The notes: generated by a model not told the origin, from the sequence alone. A stretch of 64,000 nt of DNA from Schizosaccharomyces osmophilus (GCF_027921745.1 NC_079239.1:3162001-3226000), one strand, 5' to 3'; shown: positions 11,253 through 24,267, numbered from the stretch's first letter. Numbers and translations: made by a program.

Positions 11253-14200
11253 ATGCTAGGCAATGGAGGACGTTATAGGACCAATTTTAGATCTGAAAGT
11301 AACGATTCCATTCGTTTAACTCCTTCCAAATTTCGAGGGTTTTCCCCTTCACAGAATCTTTCTTCGAGTAATGTTCCCAGCACTTTGAGCCGTACGTCCA
11401 GTGCGTCCTCATCTGCGGCTTCTTTGGCTGATATGGTTGGAAATAGCGAACGTCCCGATTCCAGTCTCGCTTTTCCCTATTCAAGAAGTCACAGACATGC
11501 CTCGTCGAACAGCGACCTTACTTCCATGGAGGGCACTCCTGTTCATATTAAATCTACCTCTGCAGACGACTCTTTTTCTACGCAGCAAAGATCCCGAAAA
11601 GATAATGCTAGTTGGAGATCCGGTGTCAGTGATCAATACTACAAACTTACCACCACCCCACACGATTCCCTCGGTCGTAGCAGCTACTCTCATATGCGTG
11701 GGAGCAGTGGAAGCCTTATAACGCCAGTTGCAGAATACCCTGAAGGCCCACCTGCCTCTTCGTCAAGGCGCCATGGTGGTTCCAGATCTGCATCTAGTTT
11801 GCCTTCCGTTGTTCCTACGCATTCAGGCTCTGCGTCCATTCGTCAACCACAAGTCCACCCTGCTTTTCTAGCCGAAGTTTCTGCAGAGTTCCGTAAGCGT
11901 CTCGTAGTAGGGGATCGAGTCAAAGATGGTTTACTGTACAAGGATGCATTCTTGGGCTGCGAAGCTGTCGATGTATTATTGCAAATCATTCGAACCACTG
12001 ATAGAAACTTGGCTTTACTTTTAGGACGGGCATTGGATTTCCAAAAACTATTTCACGACGTTACTTACTCTCATCGTTTGCGTGATTCTCGTAGAGAGGT
12101 TTATCAGTTTCGAAGAACCCTTCCCCCTCCAGAAGCTATGGCGTCGATATCACCAGTCATCGCATCCTATGAAAACCATTTTGTCTATCCTAAAAAAAGA
12201 ACTTCAACTTCCGACTCTGTTGATACCATGGTTTCTGAGAATTCTTATGCTCCATCTTCATCTGTTCAACCTAATAATCATATACCTTATTTGAATTCCA
12301 CGAATCCCTCGATCATAGGTCTGGAGTCTGATGAAGAACTTGAAGCTGAAAAGGATCCGAAAGGAATCTTCACAATCCTTACTGATTGTTACTCTCCAAC
12401 ATGCAGTAAAAACCGCTTGTGTTATTCCATCTCTTGCCCACGCCGCTTGGAGCAACAGACTCGTTTACATATGAAGGTGCAGCCTATACTCAAAGCCGGT
12501 GCTTCTTACCTGTTAGATAAGCAGGAAGAGGACCATCGTCTTTGGGCTGACAATGTGCCCAAGCATATCGTTGAGCAAATAGATCATCGTGAATGGAAGA
12601 GACAAGAGGTTATATTTGAGATCATCTATACTGAACGCGACTTTGTTCGAGACATTGAATATATCCGAGACTTTTGGATAAAACCCCTTTCTTCTTCTAA
12701 TGTAATTCCCGAAAAGTTTCGACAACCGTTCATTAGGACAGTTTTTCATAATATTATGCAAGTGCACGCAGTTAATTCAAGGCTTTCCAATGCACTCAAT
12801 AGGATGCAGACTTTGCAACCGGTTGTTCATACTGTTGGTGACATATTTTTAGATTATGTCCCCAAGTTTGAACCTTTTATTAGATATGGTGCTAATCAGA
12901 CTGTCGCAAAGTTTGAGTTTGAGAGGGAAAAAGGTTCTAATCCCACATTTGCGAAGTACACTCATGAAGTTGAAAGACTTCGTGAGTCAAGAAAGTTGGA
13001 ACTTAATGGATATTTAACAAAGCCAGTTACAAGACTAGCAAGGTATCCGCTTCTGTTGAATGGGGTTTTGAAGTATAGTGAACAAGGTAATCCCGATTTA
13101 GAAAATATCCCCAAAGTAATCGAAATGCTGCGTGAATTTTTAACCAAGCTTAACTACGAAACAGGTAAAACCGAGAATCGTCTTGCTTTACTCCAACTAA
13201 ATGAGCAACTTGCATGCAGTGACTTTGAGAGGCAACGCATTGGTTTACTTGATGACTCTCGTTTACTTATTTTCAAAGGAACTGTCAAATTAAAAGCTAG
13301 TGGATACGCTTATGGTGATACGGAAAGCGACATACACATGTTTCTTCTAGATAATTATCTGTTATTGACTAAATTGAAGCTTGACTTCAAACGCCAGCAA
13401 CACAAGTTACAGTTGCGACCACTCCCTCTGGAGTTATTGGTTATTTCTTGCATAGATGACACTTCATCTCGTGGTTCAGTATCTCGTCGTCCATCTTCTA
13501 CTATATTAACAAATCCGATTTTAATTGCGAAAGGTACTTCATCTTCGCCTCTCAAATCTTATGGCCTACATTTGCAGCTTCTTGGGTCTCGTGGTTTTCA
13601 TATTGATTTATACTTAAATACCTTAATAGCACGCGACCAATGGAAACTGCATATTGAACGCCAGCAGCAATCATTGTTTACAAAACGTCTAATTTTTGAA
13701 ACGGTCGGTCTGTGTAATGAAACTTATTTTATTAATAACAAAGTTACTTCTGCGATAACTTATGGTAAGTTTTGCTTTAATGTTAGAAAAGTACTAACAA
13801 GGACAGATGCTGGACGAAAGATAGTTTTTGGCACTTATAGAGGTTTATATTTATCGTCACGGAAAGGTAGCAACGGCGTTTGTCTAGAGCCCACACTTAA
13901 GATTCCATTAACGAACATCTCGCAAGTTGATTTGATTGAAGAGCATAATTTGTTGCTTATTGTAGCTGATAGAACACTGTTTGAGTGTTCGCTTGATTTG
14001 CTTGCTACTGCAGAACAAATCAGCACAAAGAGCCTTCGCCGTATTACTGGCCACGTAAGCTTTGTGAAGAGCGGATTCTGTTTGCAAAGAGTGCTTGTAT
14101 GCGCTGTAAAGTCTACAGTTTTAAACACAACGCTCCGAATTTTCGAAGCGGATAGTACGTCGAAGAGTAAGCGGTCTCAGTCATTGAAGAAAACATTTGG

Positions 14201-14833
14201 AGGTTCTACGATACTAAAAATATTTACTGTAAGTGAATTTGAAAAAATCCTTTGTCACTAGAAACTAACACATAATAGGAATTGCAAATGCCAATGGAAG
14301 CCCTTTCTATACACTTTTTGAAGACAAAGCTTTGTGTGGGCAACACGAAAGGGTTCGACATTGTCAGTCTCGAAAGCGCCGTATTTCAATCGTTGTTGAA
14401 TCCAGCGGACACCTCGTTTCGATTTCTAGAAAAGAAAGAGAATGTGCGTCCGATTGAAATGTTTCGGTTGAAAGGTGAATTTTTACTGTGCTATTCCGAG
14501 TTTGCATTCTTTGTAAATACGAACGGCTGGCGTAGTCGCCAAGGTTGGTTAATTCATTGGGAAGGACAACCGTTAAGTTTTGCACTTTGCTATCCTTATC
14601 TATTAGGTTTTGAGCAAGATTTTATTGAAGTTCGACATGCCGAAACAACAGAGCTTGTTCAGATTATTAAGGGACAAAATATTAAGCTTCTAACAGATGG
14701 TCGAGGCCTAATTAGTGAGGGTGGAGAAATCTTGTACAGTACGGAAGGAAATTCATTGATTAATCCGGAAGACAGAGATGTTGTTCGTTCTTTGATTCTT
14801 CCATCGCATAATGCAGCTGGCCCTGCTTTGTAA
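11253..14833 (+). CDS. rgf2: Rho1 GEF Rgf2 (DEP-DH-PH-CNH), about 1162 aa, 3 exons
   Basis: Exons 11253-13764, 13807-14228, 14279-14833; both introns are GTAAGT..CTAAC..AG. DH motifs RQEVIFEIIYTERDFV and KPVTRLARYPLLL; C-terminal CNH domain. Confidence 0.88.
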
Positions 14834-15552
14834 TATTTAGCTCTTTTTACATATCTAAAAGAGGAAGAGGAAAAAAAATTCATAAAAGATAGTACGATGT
14901 TGCCGTTCGTGATTTCTTTCGTCGACCGTCCACATGTCTTTCTTTATTATTTGGTCTTTTTTTTTTGTTTTTTTAATTGTCTTATCGGTTGCATCTTAAC
15001 GTTCCAGAATTAGCATTTCATAGTTCTTTCTTTAAACACTTTAATTATTTACAGCAGTTGCCTACTCTCATTGCATTCTCATACTCTTTTTTTAAGGCTT
15101 CCTGTTGTGAAGGTGGAATCACTTGACGAACACGTTTTGGCTATGATACACACATACCAATTTGTGTTTTCATTACATATTTTAATAGGAATTATTTGCA
15201 TATCCACAGCAATGTTTTACTTTTCAGTGGAAATTGTCAAAGCACCTTTTTGTTTCAAGTACATTGTTTATTAACGAAGGGCTTTACGATTCATTAATGC
15301 GTATATAGAGCACATAGACGAGTTTGCTATAATATTTCAACGTGACTAACTTTCCTCGTTAAACGAGTAGAGACCAAATATAACAACTCGCCACAAAATT
15401 TAAAGCCACCTAAGATGCGTTTAAGAAACCCACCATCTAGAAAATGAAACATACATAATAAATTTAATAAAATGTTTTATAGTTTTATATAAAACAAATT
15501 ATGTATTTATCAAGCTCACGAAATATGAAATTCTAGGTACAAGGTTTCGCTT

Positions 15553-15560
15553 TGTGACTG
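15553..15560 (+). promoter_or_regulatory. HomolD box upstream of tif1
   Basis: TGTGACTG (reverse of CAGTCACA) about 80 nt upstream of the eIF4A ATG. Confidence 0.6.
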
Positions 15561-15638
15561 TGTGTTAACATCATTATTTAATTGGGGACCAAACTTTTTT
15601 AACAAGAACACACCACCAAGTGAAGTAAATTTCCAAAG

Positions 15639-16817
15639 ATGGCAGAGCACCTGGAGGATCAGGTTATTGAAACCAATTACGATGAAGTTATCGATACTTT
15701 CGATGACATGAGCTTGAAGCCGGAGCTTCTCCGTGGTATCTATGCCTATGGTTTTGAGCGTCCCTCTGCTATTCAACAGAGAGCCATCATGCCCATTTTG
15801 GGTGAGCGTGATGTTCTTGCTCAAGCTCAATCCGGTACTGGTAAGACTGCCACGTTTTCCATCTCTGTCTTGCAAAAGATTGACACTAGCTTGAAGCAAT
15901 GCCAAGCCCTTATTCTTGCTCCTACTCGTGAGCTTGCTCAACAAATTCAAAAGGTTGTTGTTGCCTTGGGTGACTTGATGAACGTTGAGTGCCATGCCTG
16001 TATTGGTGGTACCCTTGTTCGTGATGATATGGCCGCTTTGCAAGCTGGTGTTCACGTCGTTGTCGGTACTCCTGGTCGTGTCCACGACATGATCCAACGT
16101 CGTGCTCTCCCCACTGACGCTGTTCAAATGTTCGTCCTTGACGAAGCTGATGAAATGTTGTCTCGTGGTTTCAAGGATCAAATTTATGACATCTTCCAAC
16201 TTTTGCCTCCTAGCGCTCAAGTTGTCTTGCTCTCCGCTACTATGCCTCAAGACGTTTTGGAAGTCACCACCAAGTTCATGCGTGACCCCATTCGTATTCT
16301 TGTCAAGAAGGATGAGCTTACCTTGGAAGGTATTAAACAATTCTACGTCGCAGTTGAGAAGGAAGAGTGGAAGCTCGATACTCTTTGCGACCTTTATGAA
16401 ACTGTCACAGTTACTCAAGCTGTCATTTTCTGCAACACCCGTAGAAAGGTCGACTGGCTTACTGAGCAACTTACTGAGCGTGACTTCACTGTCTCCTCTA
16501 TGCACGGTGATATGGACCAATCTCAACGTGACACTTTGATGCACGAATTCCGTACTGGTTCTTCCCGTATTCTCATCACCACTGACTTGCTTGCTCGTGG
16601 TATTGATGTCCAACAAGTTTCTTTGGTCATTAACTATGATCTCCCCGCTAACCGTGAAAACTACATTCACCGTATTGGTCGTGGTGGTCGTTTCGGACGT
16701 AAGGGTGTTTCTATTAACTTTGTTACTAGCGAAGATGTTCGTATGATGCGTGAAATTGAGCAATTCTACAACACCCACATTGAAGAGATGCCCATGAACA
16801 TTGCTGATTTGATCTAA
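15639..16817 (+). CDS. tif1: Translation initiation factor eIF4A (DEAD-box helicase), 392 aa
   Basis: Motifs [36 protein letters not shown]. Strong high-expression codon bias. Confidence 0.97.
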   Translation: MAEHLEDQVIETNYDEVIDTFDDMSLKPELLRGIYAYGFERPSAIQQRAIMPILGERDVLAQAQSGTGKTATFSISVLQKIDTSLKQCQALILAPTRELAQQIQKVVVALGDLMNVECHACIGGTLVRDDMAALQAGVHVVVGTPGRVHDMIQRRALPTDAVQMFVLDEADEMLSRGFKDQIYDIFQLLPPSAQVVLLSATMPQDVLEVTTKFMRDPIRILVKKDELTLEGIKQFYVAVEKEEWKLDTLCDLYETVTVTQAVIFCNTRRKVDWLTEQLTERDFTVSSMHGDMDQSQRDTLMHEFRTGSSRILITTDLLARGIDVQQVSLVINYDLPANRENYIHRIGRGGRFGRKGVSINFVTSEDVRMMREIEQFYNTHIEEMPMNIADLI

Positions 16818-17557
16818 AATGTTTAAAAAGTTTCCGTGCACTAGATGTCATCGATTTTCTTCGTCTACTTCCTATTCTTACGACTCGATAGGTTGGAAAC
16901 ACCGTTTATTAATTTTTCTCTTTTTCTTTGCCTTACGTTCTTAATACTTCTTTTATGTGTGTGTGCTTGGGAAGATCACGGTTTTGATCCCCAAGGCCGA
17001 GTTGTAGTATCTTTTGCTTAGATGATTGTTCGATTTTTCTAGCGCATTGGATTTCTTCTTATGTTGCACAATAAAAGGCTGGATTGGTTGATTATAAATT
17101 TTTTGTTTGGATCTTCGTGGTCTGCACTGTAGAATGGTTCTGTAGAATATGATAAAGGCTTGTATAAGTTAAAAATCTGAAAAAGAGTGCAAAGCTTGGG
17201 AAACTCCCAAGCTGTGAATAGACAGTATAAGGGTAGTAATTAGACGATGTATGAAGAGTAATTGCTTTTCATTTATGCACGATTGGTTGTATTTGTCTTT
17301 TTATTAAAGCAGCAAAATGTAGTTTCAAGTATTGCCAGACAAGAAACTGTTTTGAGTAAAAAATTCAAAATTCGTACGTACTTAAAAAAGAACTTTCGGC
17401 TTTTATTTTCTGTAGCTTTTCTCTTTACTCTTTGTCTTTCTTAAATCTGACTCGTGAAATTGGTATGAGCATTCTAAACATGACTTTAGGATGTATCGAT
17501 AAAACAGTACTACATACATACACCCATATAGCTTCCACCAAAGAATACGAGCGCGTT

Positions 17558-17564
17558 TGTTTAC
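17558..17564. promoter_or_regulatory. Forkhead site upstream of etd1
   Basis: TGTTTAC about 150 nt upstream of the ATG, consistent with forkhead-driven mitotic expression. Confidence 0.45.
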
Positions 17565-17715
17565 TAATTACGAAAAGGCAATAATTGCAAACTCTTCTTA
17601 TTTTTTGTTTTGTTTTGATTTTTTGATTATCTATAGAGGGATTTGTTGAAAAATTTATGAGAAAAGGGTCACAAAATCAAGAGCCACGGATTAGAAAGTG
17701 CTTGTTTAGACGCGA

Positions 17716-19018
17716 ATGTTGAAAAAATCCAACCCCATTTTTGATAAAAACCGTAAAGATGAAGATCTTCCAGAGGAAACTTATCCAAAGCCGAGAAAAA
17801 GTTACGGTACGGAGATGAACCGTAGAATGCCTCCACGAGGACATGCAAGAACTCGTACGGATATTGCAGGCGTACGGAAGGATGTTGAAGGAGAAGGTCT
17901 GGAAAGAAGACCTAGTCGACGCTGGCCGTCCACGTTTGAGTCGATTCGAGATGTGTCTAGACAGGTTTCTAGGAGAATCATTTCTTCATTTAGGTCGCCA
18001 TCAAGTATGTTTACCACGGAGAGGAATGACTCAGTTGAAAGTACTACGTTTCATGAAGCTCAGGAGCGCAGGGAACCTGGTGAGAGTAGGGAGAATCCCG
18101 TTGCTCGTCACCGGAGGTACGATTCTCTTTCCAGGAAAGCTTGGCCGTGGAAATCAAAAACGAAATCAAAAATTTCTTCTTCTACTGCTTCTGAAAGTTT
18201 TAGGAAACATCCATCATATCTTTCAGAAACAGTTTCTGATTCGAAGAAGACTCGTTCTTCTCTAGTCATCCCGTCCGATTTGGCTCCAGTGGACTTTGAA
18301 GGCGCTGATATAAAGATCAAGGACCAAGAAAAAGCCAAGGAGACTAATAATGGTGAGAAGGAATTGCAATTCGGAAAAATTGAACAAAAGGAGAATCCTT
18401 CAGACGACATCGACTGGGAACAAATATCCCTTTCAGGGAATAACCCGAACGTTACCGCTGAAACGAAAAGTTTAAATCTCCTTTGGTTTGCAGATACTTC
18501 GACCAACGACTGGGATGAGGATTTCCAAGTTGATTCTAGCTTCGCCTTAAATATACCTGAAAGCGTCAACAAAACGGGCGTGGCAGTACAAGAACAATTA
18601 TTAAGTATCAAAAATTTTAAACAAGACATGCAGGGTATGATGAGCTTTAGGCTAGGGTTTGTACCAAACCAGTTCTTTCATAACGAAAGACGAAAAACTT
18701 TTGGACTTTTTCAGCTAACCATTTCTAGTCCTAGAATTCTTGTTTCAAGAAGCAAAGCACCATCCCAATTTTTCTAGTTTGGAACCGTCACTATTAGAAG
18801 ATACAGAGGCCATTATTAGTCTAGCTGATCCTTTACAGTCTCATCACGAGTCTGACATTTCGCTAGCTGCGGACAAGACAACTCAGAGGTTGTTTTCAAA
18901 ATTGAATATTCTGATAGAAGATGCATGTTCCGTGGAGCTTGATGCTTCCGTTTTACCAAAGTTAATCCAGCATGTTGAATATTTGCAGTCTCAGTTTCAA
19001 TCACTTTTACATTCATAA
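17716..19018 (+). CDS. etd1: SIN regulator Etd1, about 402 aa, 2 exons
   Basis: Exons 17716-18634 and 18729-19018; the GTATGA..CTAAC..TAG intron joins two ORF-track pieces in frame. WDEDF motif. Syntenic between tif1 and win1. Confidence 0.78.
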
Positions 19019-19929
19019 GGCCTCGGCACCTTTTACTCCTTTGGTACAATCTTTTCCTTAAAGTTATCCTTACCCCAAACTGGTATGAACCTGTTTTCCT
19101 TTCCAGTCCCTCATTCTCCTTAATGATTTCCAAGGACATGAATTGCATGTCCAGACTTTCCTTTGACGAATCCTCTAACGTGTCCTTTGTATTCTACGTG
19201 TAACATTACGCCCTATAGGGTAGAAGATATGTTTGGTTTCTTGTATAGTACTTACTGTAATATCTCAATCAATAAACACTCGTTCGAATATCTCATTCTG
19301 TTCGTTTTCATTTTTTATTCAGGAATACTAATTATTATCCTAAATCATAATTTTATTGTAACTTACTAAACAATTTCTTGCTAAACGTATTTTGTATTGG
19401 AAGATCTGAGGAAGCCCATTTTCTAGTTGCCTTAAGCACACACTTTCAGCACATATCTGGTTCAAATTGAAGGTTCTATTTAAGAAGCCAGACACTACAA
19501 TAGTCCAAACAAAGTTATTTATTAATTGTTATAAATTATTTGTCTTAATTCTTGAGTTATCACTTGAGTTAGCACTTATTGCAAAGTGTTAATTTGGTTC
19601 GACCTGAGATTCGTTCGTTCGCTGTAGGACATCTTTGAATTTGTGTTTATTTTTTTGAAAATAAAATACTATACGAATGTCTATTGAAGTTATCAGTTAA
19701 CGGTCATCGAATAGCATTCCATTCTCCTTACCCTCGACAGGCTGTTGCTTACAAGGTTTTTATTGAATTCATCTTTAGATAATCTGAAAGGAACGAATTC
19801 AAGATATTAATTGATTTATTTATTCCTCTTGTTAGGCTGTCCTCCTTTACATATTACCGCTCTATTTCGATTGGTCTGAATTAATTTCTACCTTATTTAT
19901 TTAAAAAGACTTCGATATCCAAACTTAAC

Positions 19930-22900
19930 ATGCAGAATGCTCGTCAAGTGCAAGCGAATGCAGTAAGTTCCCGTAGAAAGTCCTTGGATCCCCTTTCCGA
20001 TGGTACAGATCGCTCAGACGATTCTTTTGAAAAGAGTCACCGTCGGTCCCTGACTTATCTTTCAGAATTCTCGGCATCCATCTTTAGTAGTGAAGCAAAG
20101 AGAAAATCTCTAAATCGTCGCTCTTCGACTACCCAAGCACAGACCGAAGAAGCTATAAAAGCCCAACGGTGTTCTCGATCAGGCCACCGATATTCTCACT
20201 CTGATACTCGAAAAGGTTTGCCACTTACACCAAATGAACATAGGTTCAATGACGCTGATGGGTATTTTTCAAGCTCATATTTTGGCGAATATCAGCAGCA
20301 CCCGCAAGCTCACAATTCGCTTCAAAAAACCGGGTCTACCGATCATGTTAGCATAGACGATATTGATCGTGCAGTTGCTATAAGTCCGGGTGACACTACT
20401 ATAGCTGGACCTCCTCTGTTAAAGACTCCTAGTCACATAAGCCGCCCCCCTTTGCAACTTGAACGCAGCTTCAATAAAGGTTTGTTTCAGGCTAAGAGCT
20501 TTCGTACAGATGAAACTTTAGTCACACCTCCTGGATCGGCCTCATCTACTATAGTTGAAAATGCGGATCTTAACTCATTAGATAGCTTGAAAGTTAATGG
20601 ATATCCTTCGCACCCTTTAATCAAAGAACAGTCTTTATTGTCACCGAAACCGAGGGATGGTTATCTCAAGCCTTATATTTCTGACGTTGAAACACAGATA
20701 ACGCAACAGCATGAGCCAAGAAGACGCGAAGGTAGCTTTCGTAGTCGGCGTGACAGTCTCGGTTTATATTTTTCAACCAGTGAAGAACCCTTTGAAGACG
20801 AGGATGAGGATGAGGAATCCGAGACATCAGCGCATTATTGGGGACAATCCTTTCTTTCAATCCCATCCTTCATCGATAATGATTTGACGATTAATCCTAA
20901 GAATAAAGAACGTTTTGAATGGCAATATATGCTGAATTCTGTTCTTACGAGTGATATTGTGAAAATTGAAAAACTTCGTTTTCGGAAAATCGCTTCTTCA
21001 CAAAAAGACGATAATAGTAACTACTCTGAGAGTTTGTGGTTAGAAATTTGTTGTTGGCTTACCCATCGCTCTATTGATCATCAGAAAGAAGATTTTAAAC
21101 ATATGCGAGCGGGTATGATAGATTTACTGCTAGAAATACTGAATTTTCGTTGGGAGGAGGATCATCAAGGATCACCGATAGAGGCTGTTAATCGATTATT
21201 AAATAAACTAGAAAAATATGAAAGGTTATATCCGTCACGAAGGGCAATTCTTGCGGATCATAGTCTTTACGCCTCCGAGTCGTTCCAACATAAACTCGAC
21301 GTCCTTACCGCTTATTCTAATAGTATACATGCATTACTCTTACAAATTAACATTTTACGTAACTGGGTTGGAAATGACGATCTGGATATCACTAGAAGAA
21401 AATCCAACTTATCGAACAATTCGGCACAAATTTCTGATGGCCCTTTTGTTGAACGATTGTGCCGTGAATGCGGATTAATTCGTTCTTTCGAAGTTAAGAT
21501 CATGGTAGATATGAATTTTGTCCTTACAAAGATAAGTAATACTTTGGTAACTTATCGGGAAGAATTGAAACAGTGCAATCTTCCGCATTATGTGGATGAG
21601 TATATGCGTTTGGTATCCTTTCCATCTAAACTAATTAAGGAAATTTTAAGCTTACGCTTGTCTTATGCTGAAAGTATTATGAATGTATCGCCATTTACTA
21701 TAGACTCTCTTCTTTATGACCTACGAAGCGCAATGAGCTTAGCTGTCGATATTATGCAGCAACATGCCATACTTGTTGACCAAATTAGCAATGATCATTT
21801 AACTTCAGATGAAAGCCAAACATTAAATGATGTTTTGGTGACATCGCTCAAAGTATACTTCGACCTACTGAAACGAAAAGTCAATAATGGGTGTGCTTTA
21901 CATTATTTTAAGGAAACTGAAGTTTTGGAAGACGAATGGGAGTTTTTATCGAGCATATGCCCTTTTATTCAAAATGGATATCAACTAATGACAAAAAATT
22001 TGACGAGGTTTGTGAGTGACATACTGGTTAATATTAATCAGTACTTGAACGATCAATTGGAAGAACCGGATTTGACAACCCCCTCAATGATCACTTCCTT
22101 TTATATGAAGACCCTTGATTGTGTCCGAATACGTTTCAGGAAGTTAATGAACTTTGCTCGAACTTTGAAGTCTTGTATGGAAAATTCAAGTGAATACATT
22201 ATTCGCGAAGATGCATTGCCAGTTTTAATTCAGCGGTTATGTGAATCAAATCACGTATTGACATATACTGCAAGTATCGAACACGAAGGTGCATATGTCA
22301 TTGTCCCTGGTCAACTGGAGAATTCCCCGAACGTGCTACGTGAGGTTCTGTCTATGACTTTTAATCAAAAGCGCTTGCATTACGAGGGAATGATTCCATA
22401 TGTAATTGTAGTCTCCCCGAATACCTCTATATATTGGTCAGGACGTGTAATGGATCTGGACGTTCCTGAAGTTTCAATATCTATAGCTCCTAATCGTGTG
22501 AGATTGGTCACTGCGGTTACTGGAGATCAGCTATCTATAGCTCAGGAAATATTTAGTGAGTTGGTTGGTGATACTGTCAAGTTAGAAAACCCGTCCAAAG
22601 CGAATTCTTCTCTCGTCAATAAAGAAATGACAAGGACGAAGAAGCATGCACTTAAGCTAGCATTATCTTTACTCGATGCCATTCATTTAATTCGAATTAA
22701 TTATCATGGTCGGAATTGTCAAAATCTGATTCATTACTCTTTTTCATATGCTATCGAATTTGCTCAACGTTTAATGAGACTTTCGATTTTGGACCCATCA
22801 AGTTTGGGACCAATAAGAAGAAGGATGATTATGCTAGCTATTAGTTGGGTTGGGTTTATTTACGATGACTGTTCTCCCACTGACCGAAACACATTCCGAT

Positions 22901-24267
22901 GGACGGTAACAGCATTAGAGTTTGCAATGATTATGACCTATGGTTCGAATATATTAATGATTGACAGAAAATCATTTGAAGAATTAAGAGACAAAGTCGG
23001 AAAGTGTATGGCTCTCTTACTTTTACACTTTAATGTAATGGGTTCTTATAACACTGTGGAGAATCAGGGAGCAGATATGCCTGCTCGTTTAATTAAGCAC
23101 AATACCAGGCAGACGAAATTTAATGATGAAGAATGTAGTAACTTCGTGAAAGAAGAGGTAATGCGGCACATTTCCGAACTTGAAGCTCGTCGCAGGGAAT
23201 TCCTAACGCATTCACAATTGATTGGGCGCGTTCTAGACGATAATAGTGAAGAGAATAGACTGCTTAAGGAACTTGCGTCCGCGAAATCGAATATCACTAT
23301 TCGATGGCAGCAAGGCGAAGTCATTGGAAGTGGCTCTTTTGGTAGTGTCTATCGAGCTGTAAACTTAGATACTGGTGATTTGATGGCGGTGAAGACAGTC
23401 GCTCTTCATAAACCACGGATTTCAAGATCATTGATTAAACGGATCAAAGGTGAAATGATTATTTTGGAATTACTTGATCATCCAAACATAGTGTATTACT
23501 ACGGAATTGAGGTTCACCGTGAAAAAATAAACATATTTATGGAGCTATATCAAGGGTCAACTCTTGCCGAATTTTTGCGTTATGGAAGAATAGAAGATGA
23601 ACTGGTTATTCAAGTCTATGTTTTGCAGTTACTCGAAGGATTGGCTTACATACATTCATGCGGTGTTTCTCACCAAGATGTCAAACCTGAAAATATACTT
23701 TTTGACGACAATGGTGTTATGAAGTTCACTGATTTCGGATCAGCAAAGATTTCAGTTCCAACCGCGTCAAAAGTATATGAACAATTGACGTTACAAGAAA
23801 AAGAAGAATATGAAAAGGAGTTTCCTGAAAATCCTACGGCATCAAGATTCCATAGAGATAATACTCTAACTGGATCTCCTATGTATATGGCACCTGAACT
23901 ATTGCTTGGTACGAATACGGATAAAGTAGGCGCGATGGATATATGGTCGTTGGGTTGTGTTATTGTAGAAATGGCTACTGGTTCTCCTCCTTGGCCAAAA
24001 CTGGATAATCGCTTTTCGCTTATGTTGTATATATCGGCTCTAAATCCTCCGATCATACCACAAGATGATCAACTATCACCGATGGGTCAAAAATTTCTCA
24101 AGCGGTGCCTAACCACGGAACCAGAGAAACGGGCTACGGCAACGGATTTGCTTATGGATCCCTGGCTTTATGCACTCAGGGTTGGTACAGAGTTCGATCT
24201 ATTAAACAATTCCACGAAATTGAAAGAGGAGTCCTATTCCAATAGCGCAATCCCGATGGAGCTTTAG
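19930..24267 (+). CDS. win1: Stress MAPKKK Win1 (Ssk2/MTK1 family), 1445 aa
   Basis: Ssk2-type N-terminal region (RFEWQYMLNSVLTSDIV). C-terminal kinase with GSGSFG, AVK, HQDVKPEN, DFG, YMAPE. Confidence 0.9.
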   Translation: MQNARQVQANAVSSRRKSLDPLSDGTDRSDDSFEKSHRRSLTYLSEFSASIFSSEAKRKSLNRRSSTTQAQTEEAIKAQRCSRSGHRYSHSDTRKGLPLTPNEHRFNDADGYFSSSYFGEYQQHPQAHNSLQKTGSTDHVSIDDIDRAVAISPGDTTIAGPPLLKTPSHISRPPLQLERSFNKGLFQAKSFRTDETLVTPPGSASSTIVENADLNSLDSLKVNGYPSHPLIKEQSLLSPKPRDGYLKPYISDVETQITQQHEPRRREGSFRSRRDSLGLYFSTSEEPFEDEDEDEESETSAHYWGQSFLSIPSFIDNDLTINPKNKERFEWQYMLNSVLTSDIVKIEKLRFRKIASSQKDDNSNYSESLWLEICCWLTHRSIDHQKEDFKHMRAGMIDLLLEILNFRWEEDHQGSPIEAVNRLLNKLEKYERLYPSRRAILADHSLYASESFQHKLDVLTAYSNSIHALLLQINILRNWVGNDDLDITRRKSNLSNNSAQISDGPFVERLCRECGLIRSFEVKIMVDMNFVLTKISNTLVTYREELKQCNLPHYVDEYMRLVSFPSKLIKEILSLRLSYAESIMNVSPFTIDSLLYDLRSAMSLAVDIMQQHAILVDQISNDHLTSDESQTLNDVLVTSLKVYFDLLKRKVNNGCALHYFKETEVLEDEWEFLSSICPFIQNGYQLMTKNLTRFVSDILVNINQYLNDQLEEPDLTTPSMITSFYMKTLDCVRIRFRKLMNFARTLKSCMENSSEYIIREDALPVLIQRLCESNHVLTYTASIEHEGAYVIVPGQLENSPNVLREVLSMTFNQKRLHYEGMIPYVIVVSPNTSIYWSGRVMDLDVPEVSISIAPNRVRLVTAVTGDQLSIAQEIFSELVGDTVKLENPSKANSSLVNKEMTRTKKHALKLALSLLDAIHLIRINYHGRNCQNLIHYSFSYAIEFAQRLMRLSILDPSSLGPIRRRMIMLAISWVGFIYDDCSPTDRNTFRWTVTALEFAMIMTYGSNILMIDRKSFEELRDKVGKCMALLLLHFNVMGSYNTVENQGADMPARLIKHNTRQTKFNDEECSNFVKEEVMRHISELEARRREFLTHSQLIGRVLDDNSEENRLLKELASAKSNITIRWQQGEVIGSGSFGSVYRAVNLDTGDLMAVKTVALHKPRISRSLIKRIKGEMIILELLDHPNIVYYYGIEVHREKINIFMELYQGSTLAEFLRYGRIEDELVIQVYVLQLLEGLAYIHSCGVSHQDVKPENILFDDNGVMKFTDFGSAKISVPTASKVYEQLTLQEKEEYEKEFPENPTASRFHRDNTLTGSPMYMAPELLLGTNTDKVGAMDIWSLGCVIVEMATGSPPWPKLDNRFSLMLYISALNPPIIPQDDQLSPMGQKFLKRCLTTEPEKRATATDLLMDPWLYALRVGTEFDLLNNSTKLKEESYSNSAIPMEL

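Noticed and set aside
15516..16841. 441-aa antisense ORF covering all of tif1
   Set aside because: It is in codon register with eIF4A. Highly biased genes avoid TTA, CTA and TCA, which removes antisense stops. No recognisable protein. Shorter shadows of the same kind occur over srs1 and rpl3002.
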